This document shows positions 10,083-20,083 of a stretch of DNA of 64,000 nt, piece by piece. Position numbers and translations under genes: made by a program. Origin of the DNA: Longimicrobiales bacterium (GTDB lineage: Bacteria; Gemmatimonadota; Gemmatimonadetes; Longimicrobiales; Gaopeijiaceae); contig CBDCKN010000013.1 in NCBI GenBank assembly GCA_965218295.1, positions 352,001-416,000 of the forward strand. Reading direction: 5' to 3'. The notes beneath the pieces are model-generated. The model worked only from the letters and a program-made list of their open reading frames with translations, had not been told where the DNA came from and did not search any database. Within the stretch, counting starts at the first letter, position 1; every line of letters starts with the position of its first letter.

Positions 10083-10245
10083 TAGTGTCCCGTCCCAGAA
10101 GTGCGATGGCATTCGGGCACCGATGCATCCATCCTGGCGGCGTTGCTCCTCCTCGAAATAGCGGTGCTATTCCTCGTCGTCGCGCCTTGCCAGGACGGCG
10201 CCTCGGCACCCTCGGTGCGGACCGCTCTTCTGGGACGGAACACTA
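10083..10245 (+). mobile_element. Fold-back MITE copy A (163 bp)
   Basis: TIR TAGTGTCCCGTCCCAGAAG / CTTCTGGGACGGAACACTA; shared core CTCCTCGAAATAGCGGTGCTATTCCTCGTCGTCGCGCC. Confidence 0.8.
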
Positions 10246-10247
10246 GC

Positions 10248-11078
10248 TCAGCGGATCTCCTGCAGCAGCTCCCGGGCCAGGTCCGCCGCGCCGCTGTCAG
10301 GGTAGGTGTTGACCACCGTCTCCAGGTAACGGACCGCCTCTTCCGTGTTGTCCTGGAGCGCGTAGATGGCTCCGGTCCGATAGAGCGCCTGAGGGACACG
10401 GTCGTCGGTGGGGTACAGCTCGGGAATGCGGAGGAACACCTCGACGGCCTCGTCCAGGCGGTTCTCCTGCTCGAAGACGTCGCCGAGGAAGAACTGGGCC
10501 GAGGGAGCGAGACGGTGGTCCGGATAGTCGGCGAGGAAGCCCTCGAAGGCTCGCCGCGCCGTGGTTAAGGAGCCCCGGCTGAGTTGGGCCATGGCCGCCT
10601 GGTAGGTGTCGTCGGCCGCCGCCGGATCGGCTCCCTCCACCTCTGGCGTGAGGACGCCCACGGAATCCGGATCACGCGGTCGGAGGGAGGGGATCACCCG
10701 GGCCGACTGGACGTCGATCCGATTTGACAGAAGCGTGACGTCGCGTTGGATCTGCCCCGTCAACGCTGTGAGGCGCGACAGCTGATCCTGTAAATTCCAG
10801 AGCTCCCTGGCGATACCGCCCCGGGTGTCCACCACCATGCCGGACTGGATCTCCAGCGTGTCCTGGATGGCCTGGATCTCGGCGGCCAGGTCCCTGAGCT
10901 GTTGGCCCTGCTGGGCCGTCTGCTCCTCCACCGCGTCCTGAAGGCTCCGGATGTCGCCTTTGGTGGCGCACGCTGGCACCAGAGCGAGGAGAACCAGCGA
11001 AAAAAGCACCCCTCCCCCACGGCCTCCTCGCCCGCGACGCAGCGCGGCGAAGGGGCCGGAGGGAGGGGTGAAGCTCAT
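10248..11078 (-). CDS. cpoB: Tol-Pal protein CpoB/YbgF
   Basis: Lipobox, coiled coil, TPR C-domain (FLADYPDHRLAPSAQFFLG), directly after pal. Confidence 0.9.
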   Translation of the reverse strand: MSFTPPSGPFAALRRGRGGRGGGVLFSLVLLALVPACATKGDIRSLQDAVEEQTAQQGQQLRDLAAEIQAIQDTLEIQSGMVVDTRGGIARELWNLQDQLSRLTALTGQIQRDVTLLSNRIDVQSARVIPSLRPRDPDSVGVLTPEVEGADPAAADDTYQAAMAQLSRGSLTTARRAFEGFLADYPDHRLAPSAQFFLGDVFEQENRLDEAVEVFLRIPELYPTDDRVPQALYRTGAIYALQDNTEEAVRYLETVVNTYPDSGAADLARELLQEIR

Positions 11079-11144
11079 CTAGTGTCCTGAGTCAGAAGTT
11101 CGGCGCAGAACCGAGGGGACCGCAACTAACCTCCGACCGGAGCG

Positions 11145-11762
11145 TTACGGCCGATCCCGGTCGTCCTCGCTGACCACGATGGTGCCGCCCGTGATCACGA
11201 ACTCGACCCGGCGGTTCTGACCCCATGCCGCTTCGTCGCTGCGGTTGACCAGCGGACGGTCCTCGCCGAAGGACGTACTCGTGAAGCGGTCCCCGGAGAT
11301 GCCGAAGCCCGTGAGGAAGTCACGCACGCTCTCGGCGCGGCGGCTGCCCAGGGCCAGATTGTACTCCGTGGAGCCCCTCTCGTCGGCGTGGCCCTCCATC
11401 CGGATTCGGACGGTCCGGCTGTTCCGGAGGATCGGAATCTTCCGTCGCAGGATCCGCTCCGCTTCGTTGGTGATGGCGGACTCGTCGAACTCGAAGTTCA
11501 CCATCGCTTCGAGGGTTGAGCGGGCCTCCCGCTGCTCACGATTCTCCCGAGCACGCTCGCGGTCCGCGGCTTCTCGCTCCGCCCTACGACGGGCTGCCTC
11601 GGCGGCCTCGGCAGCGGCGATGGAGTCGGCGCGACGCTGCGCGAGTTCAGCGGCAGTCGCACCCGTGGGAGCCGGCGGCGGTGCTGGATCGCTGGAGCAG
11701 GCGCCAAGTACGAGTGCCGCGGCCAGACCCGGCACGAGTAGATCTTTGATCCTCATCCCCAA
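11145..11762 (-). CDS. pal: Peptidoglycan-associated lipoprotein Pal
   Basis: Lipobox LGAC; OmpA-like EGHADERGSTEYNLALGSRRA. Confidence 0.95.
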   Translation of the reverse strand: MGMRIKDLLVPGLAAALVLGACSSDPAPPPAPTGATAAELAQRRADSIAAAEAAEAARRRAEREAADRERARENREQREARSTLEAMVNFEFDESAITNEAERILRRKIPILRNSRTVRIRMEGHADERGSTEYNLALGSRRAESVRDFLTGFGISGDRFTSTSFGEDRPLVNRSDEAAWGQNRRVEFVITGGTIVVSEDDRDRP

Positions 11763-11884
11763 TCCTGTCGTGGAGTGTCCATGTCACGAGGCTCGTCCAT
11801 ACTGGCGAGCCACTCCTCAAACGCTTGCGTTGACACGCGTTTCGGCCCCTGAGGGAGACCGAGCGGCCTTAGGCATATACCCAA

Positions 11885-13258
11885 TTACGGCCCTCCGCGC
11901 AATGACCCGGGTCCCGCCGTTCCGAGCGACGGAGACCAGTCCGGCACCCGAACGTCGAACCCACGCAGGAGCATGCGGTACTTGCCCGTGGCCGTGTCCA
12001 CCACCATGAGCCCCGTCCCCCAATCGCGCCTCCCGATGAACACCAGGTGTCGTCCGTCGGGCGCCCAGCTCGGATCCTCGTTGTTTCCCTCCCAGGTGAG
12101 CTGCCGGAGGCGGCGCCCCCGATCGGACACCTCGGCCACCAGAATCTGATACCAGCCCCGCCGGCTCACGCGTCCGTGGAAGGCCACGTAATCGCCCATC
12201 GGAGCCCATTCGGGCGAGGTGTAGTAACCCTCCTGGCCGTGGAGGTAGGGCGAGATGAGGTCGGCCTCGCCACCCGACGCAGGCATCACGTAGATCTGAG
12301 GATGGGCGGTGCCGAGACGGTTGGAGTTGAAAGCCATCCGGCTGCCGTCGGGGGAAAACGTGGGCGAGATGTCGTCCCAGCGTCCGCCGCTGATGTGGGT
12401 GAGGCAGCAGTTCCGCTCCAGATCGTAGCGGAAGATCCCGCTCCGGTTACCGCCGGTGACGGCGAACGCCAGCTCCCGGCCGTTCGGGTTGTAGGTCGGG
12501 GTGATGTGGTCACCGACCTGGTTCGGCTCGAGAACCCTCTCCTCCCCCGTCTCCAGGTTCAGCTCGTAGATCCTGGGCAAGCCGGTGTCTTTTCGGGACG
12601 TAAAGGCGATCCGCTTCCCGTCGGGAGACCAGGTGGGGCTCATGGTCAGGTCGCCGTAGTCCGTGAGGCGCCGAAAACTCTCCCCGTCGGAGTCGATGAG
12701 GTAGACCTCCTGGTTGCCGTCCACGGTCCTCCGCGAGAACGCGATCCGGCTGGCGGCCATGCCGGGCTCGTCGAAGATCCACTCCACGATGGCGTCCGAC
12801 GCAACGTGGACGGCCATCCGGAAGTCGTCCGACATGTCGGCGGGGATGGGAAAGCGCCCGCGCTGGCGGACCTCGCCATAGACGACGTCATGGAGCTCGA
12901 GGACCAGCACGAACCCCTCGCCGGCTCCTTCCAGCGCGCCCGAGAGGAGCCAGACGGCCCCCAGCTGATCCCAGAGCTGATAGTCGATCTCGTCGCCCAC
13001 CAGCGACTCCGGAAGGGAGTCCATGATCTCAAACCGGTCGCTGTAGCGCAGGTCTCGGGCCATGATGGCCTCGACCCTTGGCGCCGAGGCCTCACCCCCC
13101 AGCCGGCCCGAGAAGGGCTGGACGGCGAGAGCGGGTTGATACCCCCTCTCGTAGAGGAGCCCGAGCGTAACGCCCGGAATGGAGTCGGGCCCCTGGGCCG
13201 CCGCAAGCTCGAAGGGCAGAACCGTCGCCGCCAGGGCGAAGGCCAGCAGCCACCTCAC
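11885..13258 (-). CDS. tolB: Tol-Pal beta-propeller protein TolB
   Basis: PD40 repeats (SPTWSPDGKRIAF, PSWAPDGRHLVF); GTG start overlapping the upstream stop. Confidence 0.9.
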   Translation of the reverse strand: MRWLLAFALAATVLPFELAAAQGPDSIPGVTLGLLYERGYQPALAVQPFSGRLGGEASAPRVEAIMARDLRYSDRFEIMDSLPESLVGDEIDYQLWDQLGAVWLLSGALEGAGEGFVLVLELHDVVYGEVRQRGRFPIPADMSDDFRMAVHVASDAIVEWIFDEPGMAASRIAFSRRTVDGNQEVYLIDSDGESFRRLTDYGDLTMSPTWSPDGKRIAFTSRKDTGLPRIYELNLETGEERVLEPNQVGDHITPTYNPNGRELAFAVTGGNRSGIFRYDLERNCCLTHISGGRWDDISPTFSPDGSRMAFNSNRLGTAHPQIYVMPASGGEADLISPYLHGQEGYYTSPEWAPMGDYVAFHGRVSRRGWYQILVAEVSDRGRRLRQLTWEGNNEDPSWAPDGRHLVFIGRRDWGTGLMVVDTATGKYRMLLRGFDVRVPDWSPSLGTAGPGSLRGGP

Positions 13259-13992
13259 GTTGGCCCGCCCTTGGGGTCGATCTTGAAGACGACCGGCAGC
13301 CGATCGAAGGGAAGATCTTCGGGGAGCGGTCCCAGACGACCTCGGCTCCCAGCACACTCCGCGGCCCCCATGGCCTCTATGTCGAAGGGCGTGTTGTTAG
13401 AGGACTCCAGCACGTCGATGCCGGAAACCGTTCCGTCGCGATTGATGACGAAGTAGATGGTCGCCCGAAAGTCGTCGGATCCCCCCCACCGGAAGCACCG
13501 CTGCATCTGACGGATGATGTTGTTGTAATACTCCGGATAGTCCCGTCGGACCCCTTCCATGCGCACGTTCAGGTCCTCACCCGGCGTCTCTACGTCGGGG
13601 TCGGGGTCCGGGCTCGTGGGCGGCGCCGGGTCCTCTTCTGGCTCGGGCTCGGGAGGGGACGTCACCTCTTCGGGCTTCGCGTCCTCCTCGGGGGGAGGCT
13701 CGTCTTCGATGACGGGCGGCAGCGTCTCCTCCCGTGGCTCCGGCACCACCTCCTCGGGCGTCTCGATGACCAGCTCCTCGGGCGGCGGCGGCGTGGGATC
13801 CCCGAGCTCCGCCGCAGGAGGTGACACCAGCTCGATCTCGTACACGACGAAGTTGGGGACCACGCGCTCAATGGCCGACGTCCACCACGCCAGGAAAATG
13901 GCGATGATGTGGACCAGAGCCGAGCCCAGGACGGGGCCCCTGCCGACCTTCTCGTGCTGTCGCCGCCTGGGCGTCGCGACCGGGCCGGTCAT
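13255..13992 (-). CDS. tolA: TolA/TonB-family energy transducer
   Basis: N-terminal TM SALVH, Pro/Glu-rich linker, TonB_C-like end; position in tolQR-A-B-pal. Confidence 0.8.
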   Translation of the reverse strand: MTGPVATPRRRQHEKVGRGPVLGSALVHIIAIFLAWWTSAIERVVPNFVVYEIELVSPPAAELGDPTPPPPEELVIETPEEVVPEPREETLPPVIEDEPPPEEDAKPEEVTSPPEPEPEEDPAPPTSPDPDPDVETPGEDLNVRMEGVRRDYPEYYNNIIRQMQRCFRWGGSDDFRATIYFVINRDGTVSGIDVLESSNNTPFDIEAMGAAECAGSRGRLGPLPEDLPFDRLPVVFKIDPKGGPT

Positions 13993-14396
13993 CTCCGGGG
14001 ACGTTGTTGGGCCACCACGGCGAACGGGAGTCCGCTGTCCTTGACGGTCCCCATGATCTCGACCCCGATCCCCCAGGCGGCCAGGGAGTCCGCCTGGATC
14101 CAGACCTTCTCGATCCGGCCGCCGGAGACGAGCTGGCTGAAGGACTGGGCGAAGTCGGTCCGGTTCACGGGCGTCTCGGCCAGGTAGACCGTGCCCTCGC
14201 GGTCCACCGATACGATCAGCGTGTTGTCTTCAGCCGACAGGGCGGAGACCTCCGCCTCGGGGACCTCCACCTCGATACCACCCTGGAGGATGGGCGCCGT
14301 GATGATGAAGATGATGAGCAGTGTGAAGGCCACGTCCACCAGGCTGGTGACGTTGATGTCGGCCATGAGCTCCAGATCCCGAGCCTTCGATCGCAT
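13989..14396 (-). CDS. tolR: TolR/ExbD
   Basis: DINVTSLVDVAFTLLIIFIITAP. Confidence 0.9.
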   Translation of the reverse strand: MRSKARDLELMADINVTSLVDVAFTLLIIFIITAPILQGGIEVEVPEAEVSALSAEDNTLIVSVDREGTVYLAETPVNRTDFAQSFSQLVSGGRIEKVWIQADSLAAWGIGVEIMGTVKDSGLPFAVVAQQRPRR

Positions 14397-14418
14397 TATC
14401 CGGACTCGCGAATACGCA

Positions 14419-15138
14419 TCATATCCGGCCCTCCCGGGCCAGCGTCCCGATGAACTCGCTGGAGAAGCCCTCTAGCTCGCCACTCACCAGGTTCAGCCTC
14501 GCCACGAAGTGGTTGTAAGCGATGACCGCGGGAATGGCCACGGCCAGCCCCGCCACGGTGGTCACCAGTGCCTCGGCCACGCCGGGGGCCACCGCCCCGA
14601 TGTTGGTGGAGCCCGACGCCGTGATCCCAAGGAAGGTGTTGGTGATGCCGATGACCGTCCCCATGAGCCCCAAGAGGGGTGACACCGAGCCCATGACCGC
14701 GAGCCAGGTGAGGCCCCGGCCCAGCTCGTCCCTCTCCTCGGCCTCCTCCTTCTCGAGCACGAGCTTCAGGGCCTGGAGCTGGGTCAGTGACAGCCCGTCG
14801 CCGACGGGGGCGTCCTCCCGGAGGGCACCGGGCCTGAGCTCGCTGAAGAAGTTCACGCCCTGCCGGAACACACGGCCGTAGGGCGACTCGGGGAGGGCGA
14901 TGATGGCCTTGTAGGCGTCTTCCAGGCCCGTGGCGCGCTCCATCTGCTGGAGGAAGTGATTGCCCTGGTGCCGGACGGTCCTGAACTGCCTCGCCTTCCA
15001 GAAGATGAGGATCCAGGAGGCCGCCGAGGACACGGCGAGCACGAGCAGGACGAGCCTGGTCGCGAGACTCCCGCCGAACACCATGTCCCATGCGCTGGTC
15101 GGCGCGCCGACCTGCGCGAGGAGCGTGGAAAGCCCCAC
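14419..15138 (-). CDS. tolQ: TolQ/ExbB proton channel
   Basis: SPLLGLMGTVIGI..VAPGVAEALVTTVAGLAVAIPAV. Confidence 0.9.
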   Translation of the reverse strand: MGLSTLLAQVGAPTSAWDMVFGGSLATRLVLLVLAVSSAASWILIFWKARQFRTVRHQGNHFLQQMERATGLEDAYKAIIALPESPYGRVFRQGVNFFSELRPGALREDAPVGDGLSLTQLQALKLVLEKEEAEERDELGRGLTWLAVMGSVSPLLGLMGTVIGITNTFLGITASGSTNIGAVAPGVAEALVTTVAGLAVAIPAVIAYNHFVARLNLVSGELEGFSSEFIGTLAREGRI

Positions 15139-16134
15139 TTAGGAGCCTCCCCGGGTTGCGGCCTCATGCGTTGTCACTCGTCGTCTCCGGCTTGCAATGA
15201 AGTTGAACGTCTCTCGCAGACCGTCCTTGAGCGTGTGGCGGGGCGCCCAGCCCCGATCCGCGAAGCGCGACACGTCTAGGGTGCTGTGGCGCAGCTCTCC
15301 CGGCCGCTCCGCGCGATAGATGCGGCCGGGAGGATCGACGGCGATGCTCTCGAGCAAGTCGGCGAGGCGGTTCACGCTAGTCCCCGTCCCCGTGCCCACG
15401 TTGAACGCCACCGAGTCGAGATCGGGCTCTCGGCTCAGCGTCATGTCCGAAGCCCTGAGGTTGGCGCTCACCACGTCCTTGACGTACACATAGTCACGGG
15501 TCTGCTCCCCGTCACCGAAGATAGTGAGCTCTTCGCCGGACTGCAGGCGGTCGCAGAAAATCGCTACCACACCCGCCTCCCCATGTGGATCCTGGCGTGG
15601 CCCGTAGACGTTGGCGTACCGCAAAGCCACGTATTCCAGGCCGTGAACCTCGCGATAGTAGTGGAGGTAGTGCTCCCCCGAGAGCTTCGTGACGCCGTAC
15701 GGCGAGAGGGGCAGCTTCGGCGCCGACTCGGGTGTGGGCACCTCCTCCGGCTCGCCGTAGACGACCCCCCCGCTGGACACGTAGATGACCCTCTTGGTGC
15801 CTGCCTCCCGTGCCCCTTCGAGGACGTTGATGAGTCCGAGGACGTTCACGCCGGCGTCTCTGGCCGGGTCGGCCACGGAGACGCGGACATCGATCTGCGC
15901 CGCGTGCTGGCTCACGAGGTCGAAAGGGACCTCCCGGAAGAGATCCCTGAGGGCCGGGTCGGCGATGTCCATCTCCATGAACTCGACCTCGGGGCCAACG
16001 TTGTCCCGGACCCCGCTGGAGAGATCGTCCACCACCCACACACGGTCACCACGCGCCACGTAGGCGTCGGCTACGTGGCTGCCGATGAACCCCGCACCAC
16101 CCGTCACGAGGACCTTCCTTGCCGAATCACTCAT
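15139..16134 (-). CDS. NAD-dependent epimerase (UDP-glucose 4-epimerase-like)
   Basis: VLVTGGAGFIGSH, YGVTK, LRYANVYGPRQDPHGEAGVV. Confidence 0.9.
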   Translation of the reverse strand: MSDSARKVLVTGGAGFIGSHVADAYVARGDRVWVVDDLSSGVRDNVGPEVEFMEMDIADPALRDLFREVPFDLVSQHAAQIDVRVSVADPARDAGVNVLGLINVLEGAREAGTKRVIYVSSGGVVYGEPEEVPTPESAPKLPLSPYGVTKLSGEHYLHYYREVHGLEYVALRYANVYGPRQDPHGEAGVVAIFCDRLQSGEELTIFGDGEQTRDYVYVKDVVSANLRASDMTLSREPDLDSVAFNVGTGTGTSVNRLADLLESIAVDPPGRIYRAERPGELRHSTLDVSRFADRGWAPRHTLKDGLRETFNFIASRRRRVTTHEAATRGGS

Positions 16135-17503
16135 CCGTGTCATTCCGATCCGACTGTTCAGCAAGTTCCGGTCCAGAGTCCGCGGGTGCCCGTGCCGGCT
16201 CCTCGGGATCCACGTCCGGCTCCGGGTCCTCGAAGGCGTGGAGATAGCGGATGGCGTCGATGAACTCGGCCCCCCGGCCGTCGGCGACACCCTCCTTCAG
16301 GCGGGTGGTGGGCTCGTGAAGTAGCTTGTTGAGCAGCCGCTTCGAGAACGACTCCACGACCTCCCGATCCTCGTCGGGTAGATGGGAGAGACGCTGCCAG
16401 AGCCACTCCAGCTCTCTCTCTCTCAGGTGGCCCCACCGATCCCGGAAACTCTTGATCAGGGGGACCACGTCGCGGGCATCGTGCCATTGGGCGAATGCCT
16501 TGGCGTGCTCCCGCACGATGGCCTCGGCGTCGGGCACGGAGGCCTGTCTCCGGACCAGGTTCCCGTCGACGATCTCGCGAAGGTCGTCCACGTTGTAGAG
16601 GAATACGTTGTCCTCACCGTCCAGCTCGGGCTCCACGTCTCTGGGGATGGCCAGATCCAGGATCAGGAGCGGCTTCTTGCGGCGCCCCCCTACAGCATGG
16701 CGGAAGCCGTCGAGGGTGACCAGGGCGTGGGGGGCCGCCGTGGACGCCACCAGAACGTCGGTCTGGGCCAGGGCGAAGGGCATCTCGTCGAAATGGACCG
16801 CTTTTCCGGCCAGTCGTGCGGCGAGGTTCCGGGCTCGGTCGTAGGTCCGGTTTGCCACGATGACGCCCAGGATGCGATCCCGCTTCAGGGCCTCCACGAC
16901 CAGCTCCGCCGTGGTGCCGGCACCCAGGATCATCACCTGACGACCCTCCAGGTCGCCGAAGATCTTCCGGGCCAGCTTCACGGCCACCGACGCCACGCTC
17001 GCCGCCCCCTCGCCGAGAGGAGTCTTGGACCGGATCTCGCCACCCACGGCAAAGGCCGTCTGGAAGAGTCGATGGAGCACGGGGCCGGCAACGGGCGGGT
17101 CAGCGGGCACGCGGCCGGCCAGCTCGTATGCGTTCTTCGCCTGTCCTTGGATCTCGGCCTCGCCCAGAATGAGAGAATCCAGCCCGGCCACGACACGGTA
17201 GAGGTGACGAACCGACTCCAGGCCCTGCCATCGATAGAGATACTGTGCCGTCCCTCCCACCAGACCACCGGCCTTCTCCGACAGGACGGCCTCCGCGGCC
17301 GCCAGAAGGTCAGGGTCCGACCCCGGGCAGAGGTACAGTTCCGTCCGGTTGCAGGTGGAGAGGAGGACGGCCTCCTTCATTCCGGCACGGTTGCGGAGCC
17401 CGCCCAGGGCCGCCACGACTTCGCTCTCGGTGAAGGCGAAGCGCTCCCGTATCTCCACGGGGGCCGTCCGATGGCTCACGCCCACGACCGCGATGGAGGT
17501 CAC
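16127..17503 (-). CDS. hemA: Glutamyl-tRNA reductase
   Basis: GVSHRTAPVEIRE, LSTCNRTE, GLDSLILGEAEIQGQ, DLAIPRDV. Confidence 0.97.
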   Translation of the reverse strand: MTSIAVVGVSHRTAPVEIRERFAFTESEVVAALGGLRNRAGMKEAVLLSTCNRTELYLCPGSDPDLLAAAEAVLSEKAGGLVGGTAQYLYRWQGLESVRHLYRVVAGLDSLILGEAEIQGQAKNAYELAGRVPADPPVAGPVLHRLFQTAFAVGGEIRSKTPLGEGAASVASVAVKLARKIFGDLEGRQVMILGAGTTAELVVEALKRDRILGVIVANRTYDRARNLAARLAGKAVHFDEMPFALAQTDVLVASTAAPHALVTLDGFRHAVGGRRKKPLLILDLAIPRDVEPELDGEDNVFLYNVDDLREIVDGNLVRRQASVPDAEAIVREHAKAFAQWHDARDVVPLIKSFRDRWGHLRERELEWLWQRLSHLPDEDREVVESFSKRLLNKLLHEPTTRLKEGVADGRGAEFIDAIRYLHAFEDPEPDVDPEEPARAPADSGPELAEQSDRNDTDE

Positions 17504-18309
17504 AGGAAGAAGCCTCCGCCGGAGCTCACCAGTCGGAGCGTCAGGTACGACACGATGACGAAGGCGAAGCCCACCACGGTCGTCAGAGCGCTCCTACGCT
17601 CCTTGAGGCCTCCCCCCGCTCTCGACCCCAGTGCGGCCACGAAGACGAGCCAGCTCAGGACGGCCCAAACCACCTTGGGGTTGGATTGATCCAGGGAGTT
17701 CCGGAAGCTCACCGTCCACGCCCAACCCAAAACGAGAGCGAGCGTGAAGGCAGGAAAGCCGGCGACCAAGCCAACCCGAACGAGGCGATCCAGAGTGGCC
17801 AGAGGCGGGGTGAACTGGAAGAGTCGTCCCAGACGCTTGCTGTTAAGCTCTCGGAGCTGGACCAGGTAGAGGAGTCCCGCCGCGAAGGCCAGCGCCAGCC
17901 CACAGAGCCCGGCGAAGGCGAGGGTCACGTGAAAGACGAACCACGCTCCCTGAAAGTCCAAGACTTGGGAATTCGGCTCGAAGCCGAGGGAGACGGCGAT
18001 CCCCTGGAGAACGATCACGCCCGGGATGATGACGATCCCCACCCTCCGCCCTTCGCCCAGACCGAGAGTGGCGACGAGCCCGGCTCCGATCACCAGGGCC
18101 AGAGTGGAGAGCGAAGGAGCCAGTCCGACCAGGGGAAGCTGGCCATAGGTCGCCCTGAAGCCGACCAGCGCGACCGCGTGTACCAGGACTCCTGCGGTGG
18201 CCATGCCGAAGGCGAGGTGGGGTCCACGACCTCGCCCCCCGGTCAGGAGGGAACGAAACCACAGGATCAGAGATCCGATGTATAGAAGAAGGGCGACTAC
18301 GTGTGTCAA
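17500..18309 (-). CDS. ccsA: Cytochrome c assembly protein (CcsA/YpjD-like)
   Basis: Multi-TM, WFVFHVTLAF..PPLATLDRL..PKVVWAVLSW; adjacent to hemA. Confidence 0.75.
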   Translation of the reverse strand: MTHVVALLLYIGSLILWFRSLLTGGRGRGPHLAFGMATAGVLVHAVALVGFRATYGQLPLVGLAPSLSTLALVIGAGLVATLGLGEGRRVGIVIIPGVIVLQGIAVSLGFEPNSQVLDFQGAWFVFHVTLAFAGLCGLALAFAAGLLYLVQLRELNSKRLGRLFQFTPPLATLDRLVRVGLVAGFPAFTLALVLGWAWTVSFRNSLDQSNPKVVWAVLSWLVFVAALGSRAGGGLKERRSALTTVVGFAFVIVSYLTLRLVSSGGGFFL

Positions 18310-18340
18310 CGGGCCGCGTCAGGGTGAAAAGGTCCGGACC

Positions 18341-19468
18341 CTACCTCATCTTGCGATCCAAGTGTACCGCGATCCCGGTGTGGAACACAGGCCCCTGTAA
18401 GGATACGATCCTCGCCGAAGACGTCTGGCTCTCCGTCGCCACCACCCGGAGCCGGCCCACCACCTCCTCGGTCGAGCCGTCACCCTCGAATGCGACGTAC
18501 TCGTCGCCGATTTCCACCCCGTGCTCCCCACCTCTGTCTAGAATAGCGACATCGCTAAGGCCGTACAGGGCGTGCCTGCCACCGAACTCGACGACGGTAG
18601 CGCTGGTGCGGTTCGTCACCACGTCCGGATACTGGCCCGCCTCTAGGTCGAAGTCCGGTGCCGGCCGGACCAAGTCACCCAGCAGCACCCGCCCGAAGGG
18701 CTGTAGCACCACACCCTCGGTACCCTCGCCATCGGCTCTGGTGATGGACAGCACCCCTGTGGGACGGATGATGGAGCCTACGCCCTCGACGGCCCGCACG
18801 GGCCGGAAGATCTGAAGGGCGTCGCCCGCGGCGACGCGGAAGCCGTCGTCGAGGGAGAGACGGACCCGCGTGAACGTAAAGGCGGTGCGGAGCTCACCCT
18901 GTGCGATGAACGACTCGATCTCGCCGTCGGACTCGACGTCGTCGGTGTTCTCGGGCCCTAGCCACTCGGCCGACCATACCGACGCTCGGCTCACGAACAT
19001 GTAGTCGGCCTCCTCGAGCCCTCGAACACCCGTTGAGGTCATCGGATCACGGTAGAAGACGGATCGCCGGTCCCGCTCGCTGTTCGCCTCCTCGGCCTCG
19101 GCGCCGCCCGGCGGGGCATCCGGGGCCTGCGGACGTGCCGCAACGACCTCCACGCCCCCTACGATCGCAGGCTCGTCCGCGGCGACCGCAGGCTCGTCCG
19201 CGGCGACCGCAGGCTCGTCCGCGGCGATTCCGAAAATCACGAACTCCTGGTCCGGATAGATGAGGTGCGGGTCCCCGATCTGGGGCCGATTCGCCTCGTA
19301 AATGCGTGGCCACTGGAACGGATCCTCGTAATAGCGCTGGGCCAGGGCCCAGAGGGTCTCTCCAGTCACAACCACGTGCGTCCGGGAAGCGGTCTGTGCG
19401 GGCTGCTGTGCAACCGCAAAACCGGGGAAAATTGACAAGGCCAGCACGGCTATGGCGGACCGGACCAT
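18341..19468 (-). CDS. LysM peptidoglycan-binding protein
   Basis: Signal peptide; HVVVTGETLWALAQRYYEDPFQWPRIYEANRPQIGDPHLIYPDQ. Confidence 0.9.
   Translation of the reverse strand: MVRSAIAVLALSIFPGFAVAQQPAQTASRTHVVVTGETLWALAQRYYEDPFQWPRIYEANRPQIGDPHLIYPDQEFVIFGIAADEPAVAADEPAVAADEPAIVGGVEVVAARPQAPDAPPGGAEAEEANSERDRRSVFYRDPMTSTGVRGLEEADYMFVSRASVWSAEWLGPENTDDVESDGEIESFIAQGELRTAFTFTRVRLSLDDGFRVAAGDALQIFRPVRAVEGVGSIIRPTGVLSITRADGEGTEGVVLQPFGRVLLGDLVRPAPDFDLEAGQYPDVVTNRTSATVVEFGGRHALYGLSDVAILDRGGEHGVEIGDEYVAFEGDGSTEEVVGRLRVVATESQTSSARIVSLQGPVFHTGIAVHLDRKMR
19166..19227. repeat. 21 bp in-frame tandem repeat x3 (AADEPAV linker)
   Basis: CGCAGGCTCGTCCGCGGCGAC repeated three times. Confidence 0.9.
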
Positions 19469-19595
19469 GATCGCTTCCTTTTCCAGATGGGACGGGACTT
19501 TATGCTCCACTATCCATGCTCGAAGATAGGCCAATACGGCCCTGGTGGTCAACGCGTTTTTTACCATTCAACTACAAACGTTTCCACAGAGATGC

Positions 19596-20083
19596 TCAGA
19601 AAACGTCGCCATCATCACCCGATCCCAGCGTCATTTTGAGCACGCGCGCGTCCTCCCGGGGCCGATCGTAGTATGCCCTCCGGACCCCGATCTCCTCGAA
19701 GCCACGACCCCTGTAGAGCCTCAGGGCACCCTCGTTCGACTCGTGAACCTCGAGGTAGAGGTTCCGCACTCCGGCCTTCTCCGCCACACCCAGCATCCAG
19801 TCGAGAAGCTCGGAGCCGATCCCCCGCCCCCCAGGTCGGCGCGCACCGCGATGTTCGCCAGCTCCCCCTCCTCGATGATGCACCAGAGGATTGCGTACGC
19901 AGCCACTTCCCCGTCCACCTCGGCGACCCAGAGGTCCGCGCCCGGTCGCTCCAGGAGTGAGTGAAAGGTGTCTTCCTTCCAGGGAGTGCTGAAGGTGGAC
20001 GCCTCCATGCCGGCCACGGCGGAGACGTCGCCGGCGGCCATGGGCCGCATGGTTGGACGGCGTATGGCGTCGCTCCCACTCAC
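19596..20083 (-). CDS. rimI: RimI-like N-acetyltransferase; apparent frameshift in a G-run near 19825
   Basis: FSTPW..GELANIAV in one frame, GIGSELL..LEVHESNEGALRLY..RRAYY..EDA in another; follows tsaB. Confidence 0.85.

Noticed and set aside
10069..10209. N-terminal extensions of NrdR (and similarly of the polyprenyl synthase and the 33670-34407 ORF)
   Set aside because: They are open frames running through MITE sequence, not conserved protein
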